DNA from: an uncultured Candidatus Saccharibacteria bacterium
GTDB taxonomy: Bacteria; Patescibacteriota; CPR2; UBA1875; CAIMLA01
Reading direction: 5' to 3'
NCBI GenBank assembly: GCA_964501135.1
Contig: CAZCRI010000004.1
Coordinates: 1-45,237, forward strand
DNA: 45,237 nucleotides
Part shown: positions 37,743 through 45,237 of the stretch, piece by piece
How the letters are laid out: each line of letters begins with the position of its first letter
How positions within the stretch are numbered: position 1 is the first letter of the stretch
Notes under the pieces: model-generated
Databases searched by the model: none
What the model was told of the DNA's origin: nothing
The model's input: only the letters and a program-made list of their open reading frames with translations
Position numbers and translations under genes: made by a program

Positions 37743-38129
37743 CTATTTTTTGCTTCGGTAGTCTTTTATCGCTGCCTGCAGTGCATTCGCCGCTAGGTTG
37801 GAACAGTGCATTTTGACTGGCGGTAAACCGCCTAGTGATGCTGCCACCTCGGCATTTGTCACCTTTTCGGCCTCATCAATAGTCATTCCCTTCACCATCT
37901 CGGTGATGCGACTAGATGTCGCCACCGCGGCACCGCAGCCAAAAGTCTGAAATTTCACGTCCTTAATGGTTTCCTTTCCGTCTACGAGCTCCACATCAAG
38001 GTAGATTTTCATAATGTCACCACAAGTTGGATTCCCAGTCTCACCCACTCCGTTTGCATCCTTTAGTATCCCCACATTACGCGGGTTCATGAAGTGATCC
38101 ATTACTTCTTTTGTATACAAATCTGCCAT
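37743..38129 (-). CDS. iscU: Fe-S cluster scaffold IscU/NifU-N
   Basis: HFMNPRNVG, NPTCGD, FGCGAAVA, LPPVKMHC. Confidence 0.95.
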   Translation of the reverse strand: MADLYTKEVMDHFMNPRNVGILKDANGVGETGNPTCGDIMKIYLDVELVDGKETIKDVKFQTFGCGAAVATSSRITEMVKGMTIDEAEKVTNAEVAASLGGLPPVKMHCSNLAANALQAAIKDYRSKK

Positions 38130-38458
38130 TATTTTTCTCCTTTTTCAATTTTTGTTTCTAGCTCATTCATAGTTTTTATAAACTCATTTTCTATATCAAT
38201 ACTCAACTCGTCCGCGATTACGAGAACTGTCCATAGTATGTCAGAAAGTTCATGGGCCAATTCTGAGTCTATATTTGTCCCTTTATACTTTCTGGTGCCT
38301 GCCTTTGCCATTACTAGCTTCATAAAGTCACCAACGTCTCCCGCCATTCCCTGGCTGCGTTCTACAAAAGTCCAAGGCTTTCCGCTACTTTCGATTTCTA
38401 GAGGTCTATATAAATTTTGGATTTCTATCGCCCGATCGCTTAGTTCCTTGAATTCCAC
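38129..38458 (-). CDS. MazG-like all-alpha NTP pyrophosphohydrolase
   Basis: GDVGDF...ELAHELSDILW..LVIAD.L.ID.E..F acidic helical motif. Confidence 0.75.
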   Translation of the reverse strand: MEFKELSDRAIEIQNLYRPLEIESSGKPWTFVERSQGMAGDVGDFMKLVMAKAGTRKYKGTNIDSELAHELSDILWTVLVIADELSIDIENEFIKTMNELETKIEKGEK

Positions 38459-38459
38459 G

Positions 38460-38819
38460 TCAGTCTCCTATTCTCTTTATACTACTTATTGTTACTAGAA
38501 TTGCCCCTTTGGCCGGGAAACCTGCATGGATTTCTTGGACCATGTCATAATATTTACCCACCGTTTGATATTCTGCCTTACCGGTAATCTTGTAGCCAAA
38601 ACATTCCTTCTCCCATTCCGGGTTCCAAACGACCATCGACACTTTGCCGTTCTTATTAATGTTTTCCCTGGTTTTTGTTAGGTAGTTATCTCCGATAAGC
38701 AATTTCTCATCGACAATCTTGACGTCAGCAACAACCGCCACATCCGGCTCGGTAAATGAGCTTGTCGATATCGCAACTGGATTATTCTCGATTAGCTTTT
38801 TGGCCTCTGTAGAAATCAT
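38460..38819 (-). CDS. Pyridoxamine 5'-phosphate oxidase-like FMN-binding split-barrel protein
   Basis: PVAIST...P.VAV, LLIGDNYL.KTRENI.KN.KVSM, GYKITG.AEY, PAKGAILV. Confidence 0.8.
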   Translation of the reverse strand: MISTEAKKLIENNPVAISTSSFTEPDVAVVADVKIVDEKLLIGDNYLTKTRENINKNGKVSMVVWNPEWEKECFGYKITGKAEYQTVGKYYDMVQEIHAGFPAKGAILVTISSIKRIGD

Positions 38820-40015
38820 CGCACTGGACTCATATCTCTTAGTTTTTTGACAATTCCTGGCAAGTGCTTCATTAGTTCATCTACGTCCTCTTTACGATTC
38901 ATCTTGCCAAGAGAAAACCGAATTGCTCCGTGAGCATCAATATCGGCAAATCCCATTGCCTTAGTCACGTGTGATGGCTCTAAACTACCAGAAGTACAAG
39001 CCGAACCCGAGGAAGCCGCAATCCCAAGCATGTCGAGATTGATCAGGATTGATTCACCTTCGATGTGCTTAAAGAGGAATGCTGCAATATGCGGGAGACG
39101 ATTCTCTGCCCTAACAGGACCTATGAGCTCTACATCTGGAATCTCGGAAGTAATCTTGCTCACCACATATTCTCGAATCTCTTCGGTATGTTTTCGGTTA
39201 TTTTCCCGTTCTGCGGCCGACAATTTCATTGCCGCTGCCATTCCTACTATATAAGGCACGTTCTCGGTCCCGGCCCTCTGATTTCGTTCCTGGGCGCCAC
39301 CTTGTTGCTGCGGCGTAAACTTTGTCCCCCGCTTTACATAAAGTAATCCGACCCCCTTGGGACCATAAAATTTATGCCCGGTAAGACTCAGCATGTCGAC
39401 ACCAAGTTTCTCAACATCGATATCGATATATTGGAATGCCTGGACGGCGTCGGTATGAAAAACGATCTTTAGAGCATTTTCATTCTTCTTTCGCTCTTCA
39501 TTAGCCACTTGGACCACATTGGCAATCTCCGCAATTGGCTCCACAGCTCCCATCTCGTTGTTGCCATACATAACCGATACCAGTGCCGTATTGTCGCGGA
39601 TAGCTTCATGAACATCCTTCGGATCTACTAAACCCTCTCGATTCACTGGCAGGTAAGTAACTTCCACGCCATAGGACTTCTGCAAATATTTTGCGCTATC
39701 CAAAACACAGTGATGCTCTACGGAGCTTACAATGATGTGAGGTGTCGCCTGAAGAATATTAGCAGCAGACTGGCACACCCCTTTCAGCGCAAGATTGTTT
39801 GATTCGGTAGCACCACTTGTAAAGATGACTTCTGAAGGCTTGGCGCCTATCAACGTAGCAATTATTTCCCTAGATTCATTTACGGCGTCCTTGGCATCTC
39901 GGCCCACGGTGTAAATACTCGAAGGATTACCAAATCGCTCCGAAAAAAAAGGTATCATCGCATTAAGAACTGCTTTATCCACCGGTGTTGTGGCTGCATG
40001 ATCAAAGTAAATCAT
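38816..40015 (-). CDS. iscS: Cysteine desulfurase IscS/NifS (group I)
   Basis: YFDHAAT, GNPSS, FTSGATE, HTDAVQ, GHKFYGPKG (PLP Lys), RAGTEN, SSGSACTSG; ATG 40015 overlaps the upstream TAA. Confidence 0.96.
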   Translation of the reverse strand: MIYFDHAATTPVDKAVLNAMIPFFSERFGNPSSIYTVGRDAKDAVNESREIIATLIGAKPSEVIFTSGATESNNLALKGVCQSAANILQATPHIIVSSVEHHCVLDSAKYLQKSYGVEVTYLPVNREGLVDPKDVHEAIRDNTALVSVMYGNNEMGAVEPIAEIANVVQVANEERKKNENALKIVFHTDAVQAFQYIDIDVEKLGVDMLSLTGHKFYGPKGVGLLYVKRGTKFTPQQQGGAQERNQRAGTENVPYIVGMAAAMKLSAAERENNRKHTEEIREYVVSKITSEIPDVELIGPVRAENRLPHIAAFLFKHIEGESILINLDMLGIAASSGSACTSGSLEPSHVTKAMGFADIDAHGAIRFSLGKMNRKEDVDELMKHLPGIVKKLRDMSPVR

Positions 40016-40233
40016 TACATTAGCTCCTTTTTCACGGTAGAAATACACGACTTGCAGGCGTTTACCTGCGCTCGCTCCTGATTCTCAATCTTTTTGTAGT
40101 CCTCCCAGGAGATCAGGACCCCTACTGGGTCAGAGTAGCGCAAAATTACGGTACCGGTACCGCTCTTTAGACCGCTCAATATCTTCGAGGCATTATTGGC
40201 CAGCTCTGCCGTGGTGATAAACTTTTCCTTCAT
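40015..40233 (-). CDS. Phd/YefM-fold protein with C-terminal CxxC, no cognate toxin
   Basis: FITTAELANNASKIL...VILRYSDPVGVLISWEDY matches the Phd beta-alpha-beta-beta pattern; CKSC tail; GGGAG SD. Confidence 0.7.
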   Translation of the reverse strand: MKEKFITTAELANNASKILSGLKSGTGTVILRYSDPVGVLISWEDYKKIENQERAQVNACKSCISTVKKELM

Positions 40234-40244
40234 ACATCTCCCAT

Positions 40245-40295
40245 AAAAAATGTTACCCTACTTCCAGGGTAACATTGACGGTAACATTGTGTCAA
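40245..40295 (-). promoter_or_regulatory. Promoter/operator (and possible terminator) ahead of the Phd-iscS operon
   Basis: TTGACA at 40295-90, TGTTACCCT extended -10; 11-bp inverted repeat 40249..40276; GGTAACATTG direct repeat at 40268 and 40280. Confidence 0.65.
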
Positions 40296-40300
40296 GATAT

Positions 40301-40783
40301 TTACGGTATTGTTGTTAGGTCCTTACTACACCAACCTGTCTTGCCGCTATAAGTGACCTTGAGCCAGCCGGATTTCTCTTCTTCGACGGTTAGTTTTGTT
40401 TTATCAGGAATGATTATTAATACAGCTGCAGTAGTCGCCGCTGTTTGGCGCAGGTTCAGCCCTCCTTCGGAATTTACATAGACACTCTTTGGAGTGACCG
40501 TCACAGCCTCCGTGGTCTCTGCGGATTCCTTGGTTTCCGCTACTATCGAACCCTCGATTTTTTCTTCCGCCTTTATCTTGGTATCACAGCTGTAAACCCG
40601 GTATCCGGTATATGCAACACCGCCTAGAATTACCAAAACAACCCCATAAATAAATACCGTCACCCAGAGATTTCTCTTTGGCTCGTCTAGAGTAATCGTA
40701 TCCGATGGCTTTTCGGCAATCAGCTCTTCTTCTGGTATCGCTACCATAAAGTCTTCGAGGGTCTTTTTGCGTTTTGCATCCAT
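40301..40783 (-). CDS. Membrane-anchored bacterial SH3-domain protein
   Basis: TM helix at ~40-60; V...GLNLRQ.A...A..L..IP....L.V.EE..GWLKV.Y.G.TGW. Confidence 0.85.
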   Translation of the reverse strand: MDAKRKKTLEDFMVAIPEEELIAEKPSDTITLDEPKRNLWVTVFIYGVVLVILGGVAYTGYRVYSCDTKIKAEEKIEGSIVAETKESAETTEAVTVTPKSVYVNSEGGLNLRQTAATTAAVLIIIPDKTKLTVEEEKSGWLKVTYSGKTGWCSKDLTTIP

Positions 40784-40790
40784 TTGGAGC

Positions 40791-41624
40791 CTACTTTAAG
40801 TTAAATAGTTTCACTGCATTCATTGTAGTACGTTCCATAACGGTTTCCAATGGGATATCCAGAGTGTCTGCAATAAACTGCGCCACCAAAAAGGTGTTAC
40901 TAGGTTCATTACGCTCACCTTTTTTCTCCCCAGGAGCCAGATAAGGACAATCCGTCTCGAGTACAATGTGGTCCAAACCGACCTCTCGAATCAATCTCTT
41001 GTAAGTATCCGAGTAGGTTACAATACCATTTAGACCAATGCTGTACCCCAGCGCTATAAACTTCCGTGCCGTCTTGTATCCGCCGATAAAACTATGGATA
41101 ACTCCTGCTTTCTCCACGGGATGCTCGGTAAGAATCGTTAGAAGATCCGGATAGCCGTCCCAACAATGAATCATTACTGGCTTTCCCACCGTGTTTGCAA
41201 TGTCGATAAGTTCCACGAGGGTTTCTTTTTGCTTGGCCTTTAAGGATTCTACATCGTCCGATTCCTCAAAGTGATGATAATCGAGTCCAATCTCCCCGAT
41301 AGCTACCACCTTGTCATCTCTTGCCAGTTCGAGATACTTCTCCTTATCAAAAACCTCACCCCTAGTATGAATCTCTATCGGCTCCAGCTCGTCACTGTCG
41401 GCATAGCTAAAGCTGCCTTCCTGCAAATGAACCGGATGGATGCCCACAGCTGCCCACACATTTTCAAAGCGATGCGCGGTACGAACCGAGCGTTCACTAG
41501 TCGAATATTGAGTTCCCACATTCACTACCCCCATGCCCAGATCGAGTGCGCGCTGCAAAACTTCGTCTCCATCTTCCTTGTAGGCTGCAAAATTTACATG
41601 TGCATGGGTGTCAACTAGCTTCAT
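40791..41624 (-). CDS. tatD: TatD-family nuclease
   Basis: DTHAHVN, AAVGIHP, AIGEIGLDY, PVMIHC, GVIHSF, LETDCPYL. Confidence 0.95.
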   Translation of the reverse strand: MKLVDTHAHVNFAAYKEDGDEVLQRALDLGMGVVNVGTQYSTSERSVRTAHRFENVWAAVGIHPVHLQEGSFSYADSDELEPIEIHTRGEVFDKEKYLELARDDKVVAIGEIGLDYHHFEESDDVESLKAKQKETLVELIDIANTVGKPVMIHCWDGYPDLLTILTEHPVEKAGVIHSFIGGYKTARKFIALGYSIGLNGIVTYSDTYKRLIREVGLDHIVLETDCPYLAPGEKKGERNEPSNTFLVAQFIADTLDIPLETVMERTTMNAVKLFNLK

Positions 41625-42855
41625 GAATCGTCCTTATCTTCGGTATTACGTGTATTGTTCTGTCCTTTTTTACATAAGGTAGCTCGCACTTTGCTCTGGG
41701 CATTAGCCCGGCTGCAAGAGCCCCAGCAGCCCCAGTTAGTAACCCGATTATTATTAGTGTTTTGTCTGAAAATAAGAAACTCAAGGCGAAAAGTGCCGCG
41801 TAGAGGAAAATCTTGCCCACATCGATCCCGGATTCCATCGCGAAAATGTATTCTTGGCGGCTATTCTCATCTGCGTGTAAGTAATACTCCGAGGTATATG
41901 GTGCCTGACGCAAAGAACTCACCAAGCTCCTTGCCATATTTAGTGAAATAATCTGAACGAATGTATCCACAAAAGTAAGCAATACAAAGATAACGCCATC
42001 GAGAACACTACCAGCTGTAATGTAACGGTGACGATTGGCATTATTCACCCGCTTCCCTACAAAATATGTGACAAAAATCGTCACGACTAAAGCCGCTGAG
42101 GTGATAAAACCAACAGATTGATAACTTTTAACGCTTGCATAGACAAAGAGCGGCCAAAAAACTAGAGATACCGATGCCTCGATTCCGGCTCCAGCATAAG
42201 AGAATAGATCCCTCGAAATCTTCCGCAGTTCTATCTTCTTTAGGTCTATCGGCACTCCAGTGTGAACTTCTGTCTTCCTAAGAAGAGGTGTAAAGACCAA
42301 GAGCAACAGCCCGATGACTACCGCGTAGAGTGCAATAAAACCAAAACGACTGACGATGATACCTCCGATTAACGGTGCCACTGCCCCCAAGACAGCTAAG
42401 ATGATGTACATTTTACTGACGTCCTTGGTAGCATTCTTCTTTTTAGTGCTTCTCGAAAAATCGTAGTGGTAGCCTTGCCAGTAAAAAGCCAAGGCAACCC
42501 CACCACAAAAACCGATAAACCAAAGTGGCCAATGATAAGTAGGCAGGGTCGATAACATCCAAAAATGCGCGATTAACGGTGGCATCGAAAGTGCAATTAC
42601 ATGCTTTGGCCCCACCTTGGAGATGTACGAGGCCGAGATAAATTCAAAACAAAATTCTGCAACGAACATTACCAGGTGCAAAACCAAAACGTCTCGCAGA
42701 CTGTAACCAAGCGAAAGTAAATAAATTGGCACGAAGATGCTAATCATGGCGCAAACAAATGACCGCATACTCATCACTAAAAATATTTCGTTTATCTCTG
42801 TGTGTTTGATACGAAACATTTGGTGCTGCACTAATTGATGGTCACTAATAGACAA
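41611..42855 (-). CDS. Major facilitator superfamily transporter
   Basis: About 12 hydrophobic helices in two halves; ISKVGPK loop; APLIGGII. Confidence 0.8.
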   Translation of the reverse strand: MSISDHQLVQHQMFRIKHTEINEIFLVMSMRSFVCAMISIFVPIYLLSLGYSLRDVLVLHLVMFVAEFCFEFISASYISKVGPKHVIALSMPPLIAHFWMLSTLPTYHWPLWFIGFCGGVALAFYWQGYHYDFSRSTKKKNATKDVSKMYIILAVLGAVAPLIGGIIVSRFGFIALYAVVIGLLLLVFTPLLRKTEVHTGVPIDLKKIELRKISRDLFSYAGAGIEASVSLVFWPLFVYASVKSYQSVGFITSAALVVTIFVTYFVGKRVNNANRHRYITAGSVLDGVIFVLLTFVDTFVQIISLNMARSLVSSLRQAPYTSEYYLHADENSRQEYIFAMESGIDVGKIFLYAALFALSFLFSDKTLIIIGLLTGAAGALAAGLMPRAKCELPYVKKDRTIHVIPKIRTIHEAS

Positions 42856-42871
42856 GTCCCCTCCAATTTAG

Positions 42872-44434
42872 CTATTTTTCGATCTCGAGCCGCGGGAAAA
42901 GTTGCTCTGGTTTGGTCACCTTCTGTCCCACTGGCAATACTGACCACGAATCTTTGATGCTTGGATTGTCTGCAAGTAGTCCCTTGATTCCAATGGCTTT
43001 TGCAATCTTTAGCGAAGTCCGTGGCATCACGGGATAAATCATCCAAGCAAGCTGATGGATACCCTCCAAGAGACCCACGACAACCCATTTTAGATTATCG
43101 GTTTCCCCTGTTTTGGCCAACTGCCAAGGTCGAAGCTCCTCGATATATTGATCACAAGTCTTAACAAATGCCTCCACCGCAGCCATGGCGTCTCCAAATC
43201 GAAGCTCGGTAATAGCCTTGTCGTACTCGGCATAAGCCTTTTTCCAATTCCAAATATCTTCACCAACTCGTAGCAGATGTTCATCCGGATCCCTCTCTAC
43301 CTTTGGCACCTCGCCATCGCAGTATTTCTCTACCATCGTGACAACCCGCGAAACTAGGTTACCAATACCGTTCGCTAAATCATAATTATATCGTTCTGCA
43401 ATCTTGGTCTCCGAAATGTCACCATCAATTCCAAAGGGCAAAGCCCGTAGGACCGAGTAACGAACCGCGTCTGAACCAAACTTCTCCACTAGTTCGTGAG
43501 GGCGAAGCACATTTCCGAGCGACTTACTCATCTTCTTGCCATCAACTGTGAAATAACCGTGAACATATAGTTGCTTCGAGGTTGGCAGTTTCAAGGCCAG
43601 TAGCATAGCTTGCCAAATGGTCGAGTGAACTCGGGCAATATCTTTCGCCATCAGCTGTACATCTGCAGGCCAGAATTTCTCGGCAAGCTTGATATCTGTC
43701 GGCCAACCAAGTCCAGTAAGGTAGTTTAGAAACGCATCAATCCAAACATAGGTTGTCTGAGTTTCGTCGAAAGGAAGGTCGATACCCCAAGAAACGTTCT
43801 CTTTCTTTCTTGAGATTGCAACATCCTCGAGTCCACCGCGAATAAATGCAAGAATCTCGTTTTTGCGCTCGACAGGTAGAATCTGGATTTCATCATCCGA
43901 GATGAGCTGTTCCAATTCTTCCTGGTACTTGGAAAGTGCAAAAAGGTACGCTTCTTCCTCGTGAACCTCACACTCCCTGTTGTGATCGGGGCACACCTTA
44001 CCATCCACTAGCTCGGAGATTGTTTTATACTGCTCACAACCAACACAATAAAGAGCCTGGTATGACCCTTTATAGATGTCGCCCTGGTCATATAGTTTCT
44101 GAGTGACCCAACGTACAGCATCCTCGTGATGTGGGTCTGTAGTTCGTAAAAAGTTGTCATAGGTAATATCCAAAGTCTTCCAAGCAGACTTGAATTTAGC
44201 TGCTACCTCGTCGGTAAATTGCTTCGGTTTTTGACCTTTAGCTTCGGCTATTTCCTGTATCTTAGCACCGTGTTCATCGGTACCAGTCATAAAAAAAACA
44301 TTCTCCTTACCGTAAGCGAGACGATAATACCGCGCCAGTACGTCTGCCACTGTCGAAGTATAAACATGGCCGATATGTGGCTCTGCATTCACATAATAAA
44401 TTGGGGTTGTAACATAAAATCTGTTTTTAGCCAT
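42872..44434 (-). CDS. metG: Methionine--tRNA ligase (no C-terminal tRNA-binding appendix)
   Basis: YVTTPIYYVN..PHIGH, GTDEHG, CVGC/CPDH knuckle, YVWIDAF.NY, KMSKSLGN. Confidence 0.97.
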   Translation of the reverse strand: MAKNRFYVTTPIYYVNAEPHIGHVYTSTVADVLARYYRLAYGKENVFFMTGTDEHGAKIQEIAEAKGQKPKQFTDEVAAKFKSAWKTLDITYDNFLRTTDPHHEDAVRWVTQKLYDQGDIYKGSYQALYCVGCEQYKTISELVDGKVCPDHNRECEVHEEEAYLFALSKYQEELEQLISDDEIQILPVERKNEILAFIRGGLEDVAISRKKENVSWGIDLPFDETQTTYVWIDAFLNYLTGLGWPTDIKLAEKFWPADVQLMAKDIARVHSTIWQAMLLALKLPTSKQLYVHGYFTVDGKKMSKSLGNVLRPHELVEKFGSDAVRYSVLRALPFGIDGDISETKIAERYNYDLANGIGNLVSRVVTMVEKYCDGEVPKVERDPDEHLLRVGEDIWNWKKAYAEYDKAITELRFGDAMAAVEAFVKTCDQYIEELRPWQLAKTGETDNLKWVVVGLLEGIHQLAWMIYPVMPRTSLKIAKAIGIKGLLADNPSIKDSWSVLPVGQKVTKPEQLFPRLEIEK

Positions 44435-45035
44435 TAACTTCTCCTAGAAGTAATTGTAGCTCATTTTTACACTGTTCGGGAGAGACAAAGAGTAAAGTTC
44501 CCATTCCTAGCTCTCGTGCCGGAACTAGATTCGCTTCCCGATCATCGACAAAGATCACTTCGTCCGGTCTAACTCCGAGGCTTTTAATGGAATATTCATA
44601 TATATCCTGGTTTGGCTTACGCATCCCAAGTTTACAAGAGACAAACTGCTTGTCCTTATCGAACACTTCGTCGTAATGCCATATCTCTGCATTTGCTTTG
44701 TCATATGCGTCGCCAAAATTTGTCAGAAGTGCCACTGTATGCGTTTTCCGCAGATTTAGAACCATTTCCCGCATATGATCTTTCGGAATATAGCTTTCGA
44801 TATGAACTTTTTCCAAATCCTTGGCAACAAATGTTCTCCCAAAATGGTCAGCTATCTTCTGATAAAACTGTAAGGTGGTTTCACTGCCGTCATCCAAGGG
44901 CTCCGCGAATTTATCAAACACTTTGTGAAGTTCCGTTTCCTCAATATTGAAATACTTTGCGAAATTAGCCACTGTGTTTTCTTTGTCGCTAAGAGTTAAT
45001 ACTCCGTTATTGTCGAATATTACCGCTTTAATCAT
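44427..45035 (-). CDS. HAD-superfamily phosphatase (YihX-like)
   Basis: VIFDNNGVL, LLTN, SCKLGMRKP..DIY, FVDDREANL..A..LGM; ATG 45035. Confidence 0.88.
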   Translation of the reverse strand: MIKAVIFDNNGVLTLSDKENTVANFAKYFNIEETELHKVFDKFAEPLDDGSETTLQFYQKIADHFGRTFVAKDLEKVHIESYIPKDHMREMVLNLRKTHTVALLTNFGDAYDKANAEIWHYDEVFDKDKQFVSCKLGMRKPNQDIYEYSIKSLGVRPDEVIFVDDREANLVPARELGMGTLLFVSPEQCKNELQLLLGEVNG

Positions 45036-45237
45036 TTTTTGGCTCCATGACAACTACAAATTCACCTTTTTCTTTAACCTTAGGTAAGACTTCGCTGATT
45101 CTACCCCTCAGGGTTTCCTCGAATTTCTTAGTGAGTTCACGAGAAACCGAAACTTCCCTATCCCCTACAAATTCCAACAATTCCGTCAGTAATTTTTTGA
45201 TTCGAAATGGTGATTCGTACAAAATGGTTGTTCTGTC
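45028..45237 (-). CDS. rsmI: 16S rRNA (cytidine1402-2'-O)-methyltransferase, C-terminal part (runs off the window)
   Basis: TTILYESPFRI, RELTKKFEET.RG, KGEFVVV. Confidence 0.9.
   Translation of the reverse strand, partial: DRTTILYESPFRIKKLLTELLEFVGDREVSVSRELTKKFEETLRGRISEVLPKVKEKGEFVVVMEPKND

Noticed and set aside
944-45222. Numerous + strand and alternative-frame ORFs in the track (e.g. 5179..5541, 7236..7652, 11604..11963, 17848..18306, 35788..36177)
   Set aside because: All lie antisense or out of frame within well-supported genes and show no recognisable motifs. The Ser/Ala-rich 11604..11963 ORF just mirrors the S16 acidic tail.

Overview
A 45-kb core-chromosome segment, most likely from a Patescibacteria/CPR-type bacterium. 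This is inferred from the short AlaRS and UvrC, the secG/solute-binding-protein pair, the FtsA-like plus baseplate-J-like pair, a DUF5652 protein, and the absence of ffh/ftsY and fatty-acid genes from their usual positions. Four tRNAs (Phe, Gly, Cys, Leu) lie on the + strand at the left end; everything else, including tRNA-Ala(GGC), is on the - strand. Content is mostly housekeeping: uvrBAC, trmD, khpA, rpsP, smc, rnc, nusB, rpmF, leuS, prmC, obgE, mltG, ruvX, alaS, mnmA, tatD, metG and a partial rsmI. The most interesting parts are: (1) a complete CsoR-headed operon ending in a 72-aa, 23-Cys, His-free metallothionein-like protein, with no CopA; (2) a toxin-less Phd/YefM-fold protein with a CxxC tail, translationally coupled to iscS...iscU behind an operator-like repeat array; (3) a Nudix domain inserted in LeuRS; (4) an SMC with no recognisable hinge; (5) GC-rich orphan ORFs followed by related GGCGCC hairpins; (6) an integration scar at tRNA-Ala; (7) a 36-bp perfect palindrome. 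No integrase, transposase, CRISPR array or rRNA was seen. All calls come from reading motifs by eye; no database search was run.
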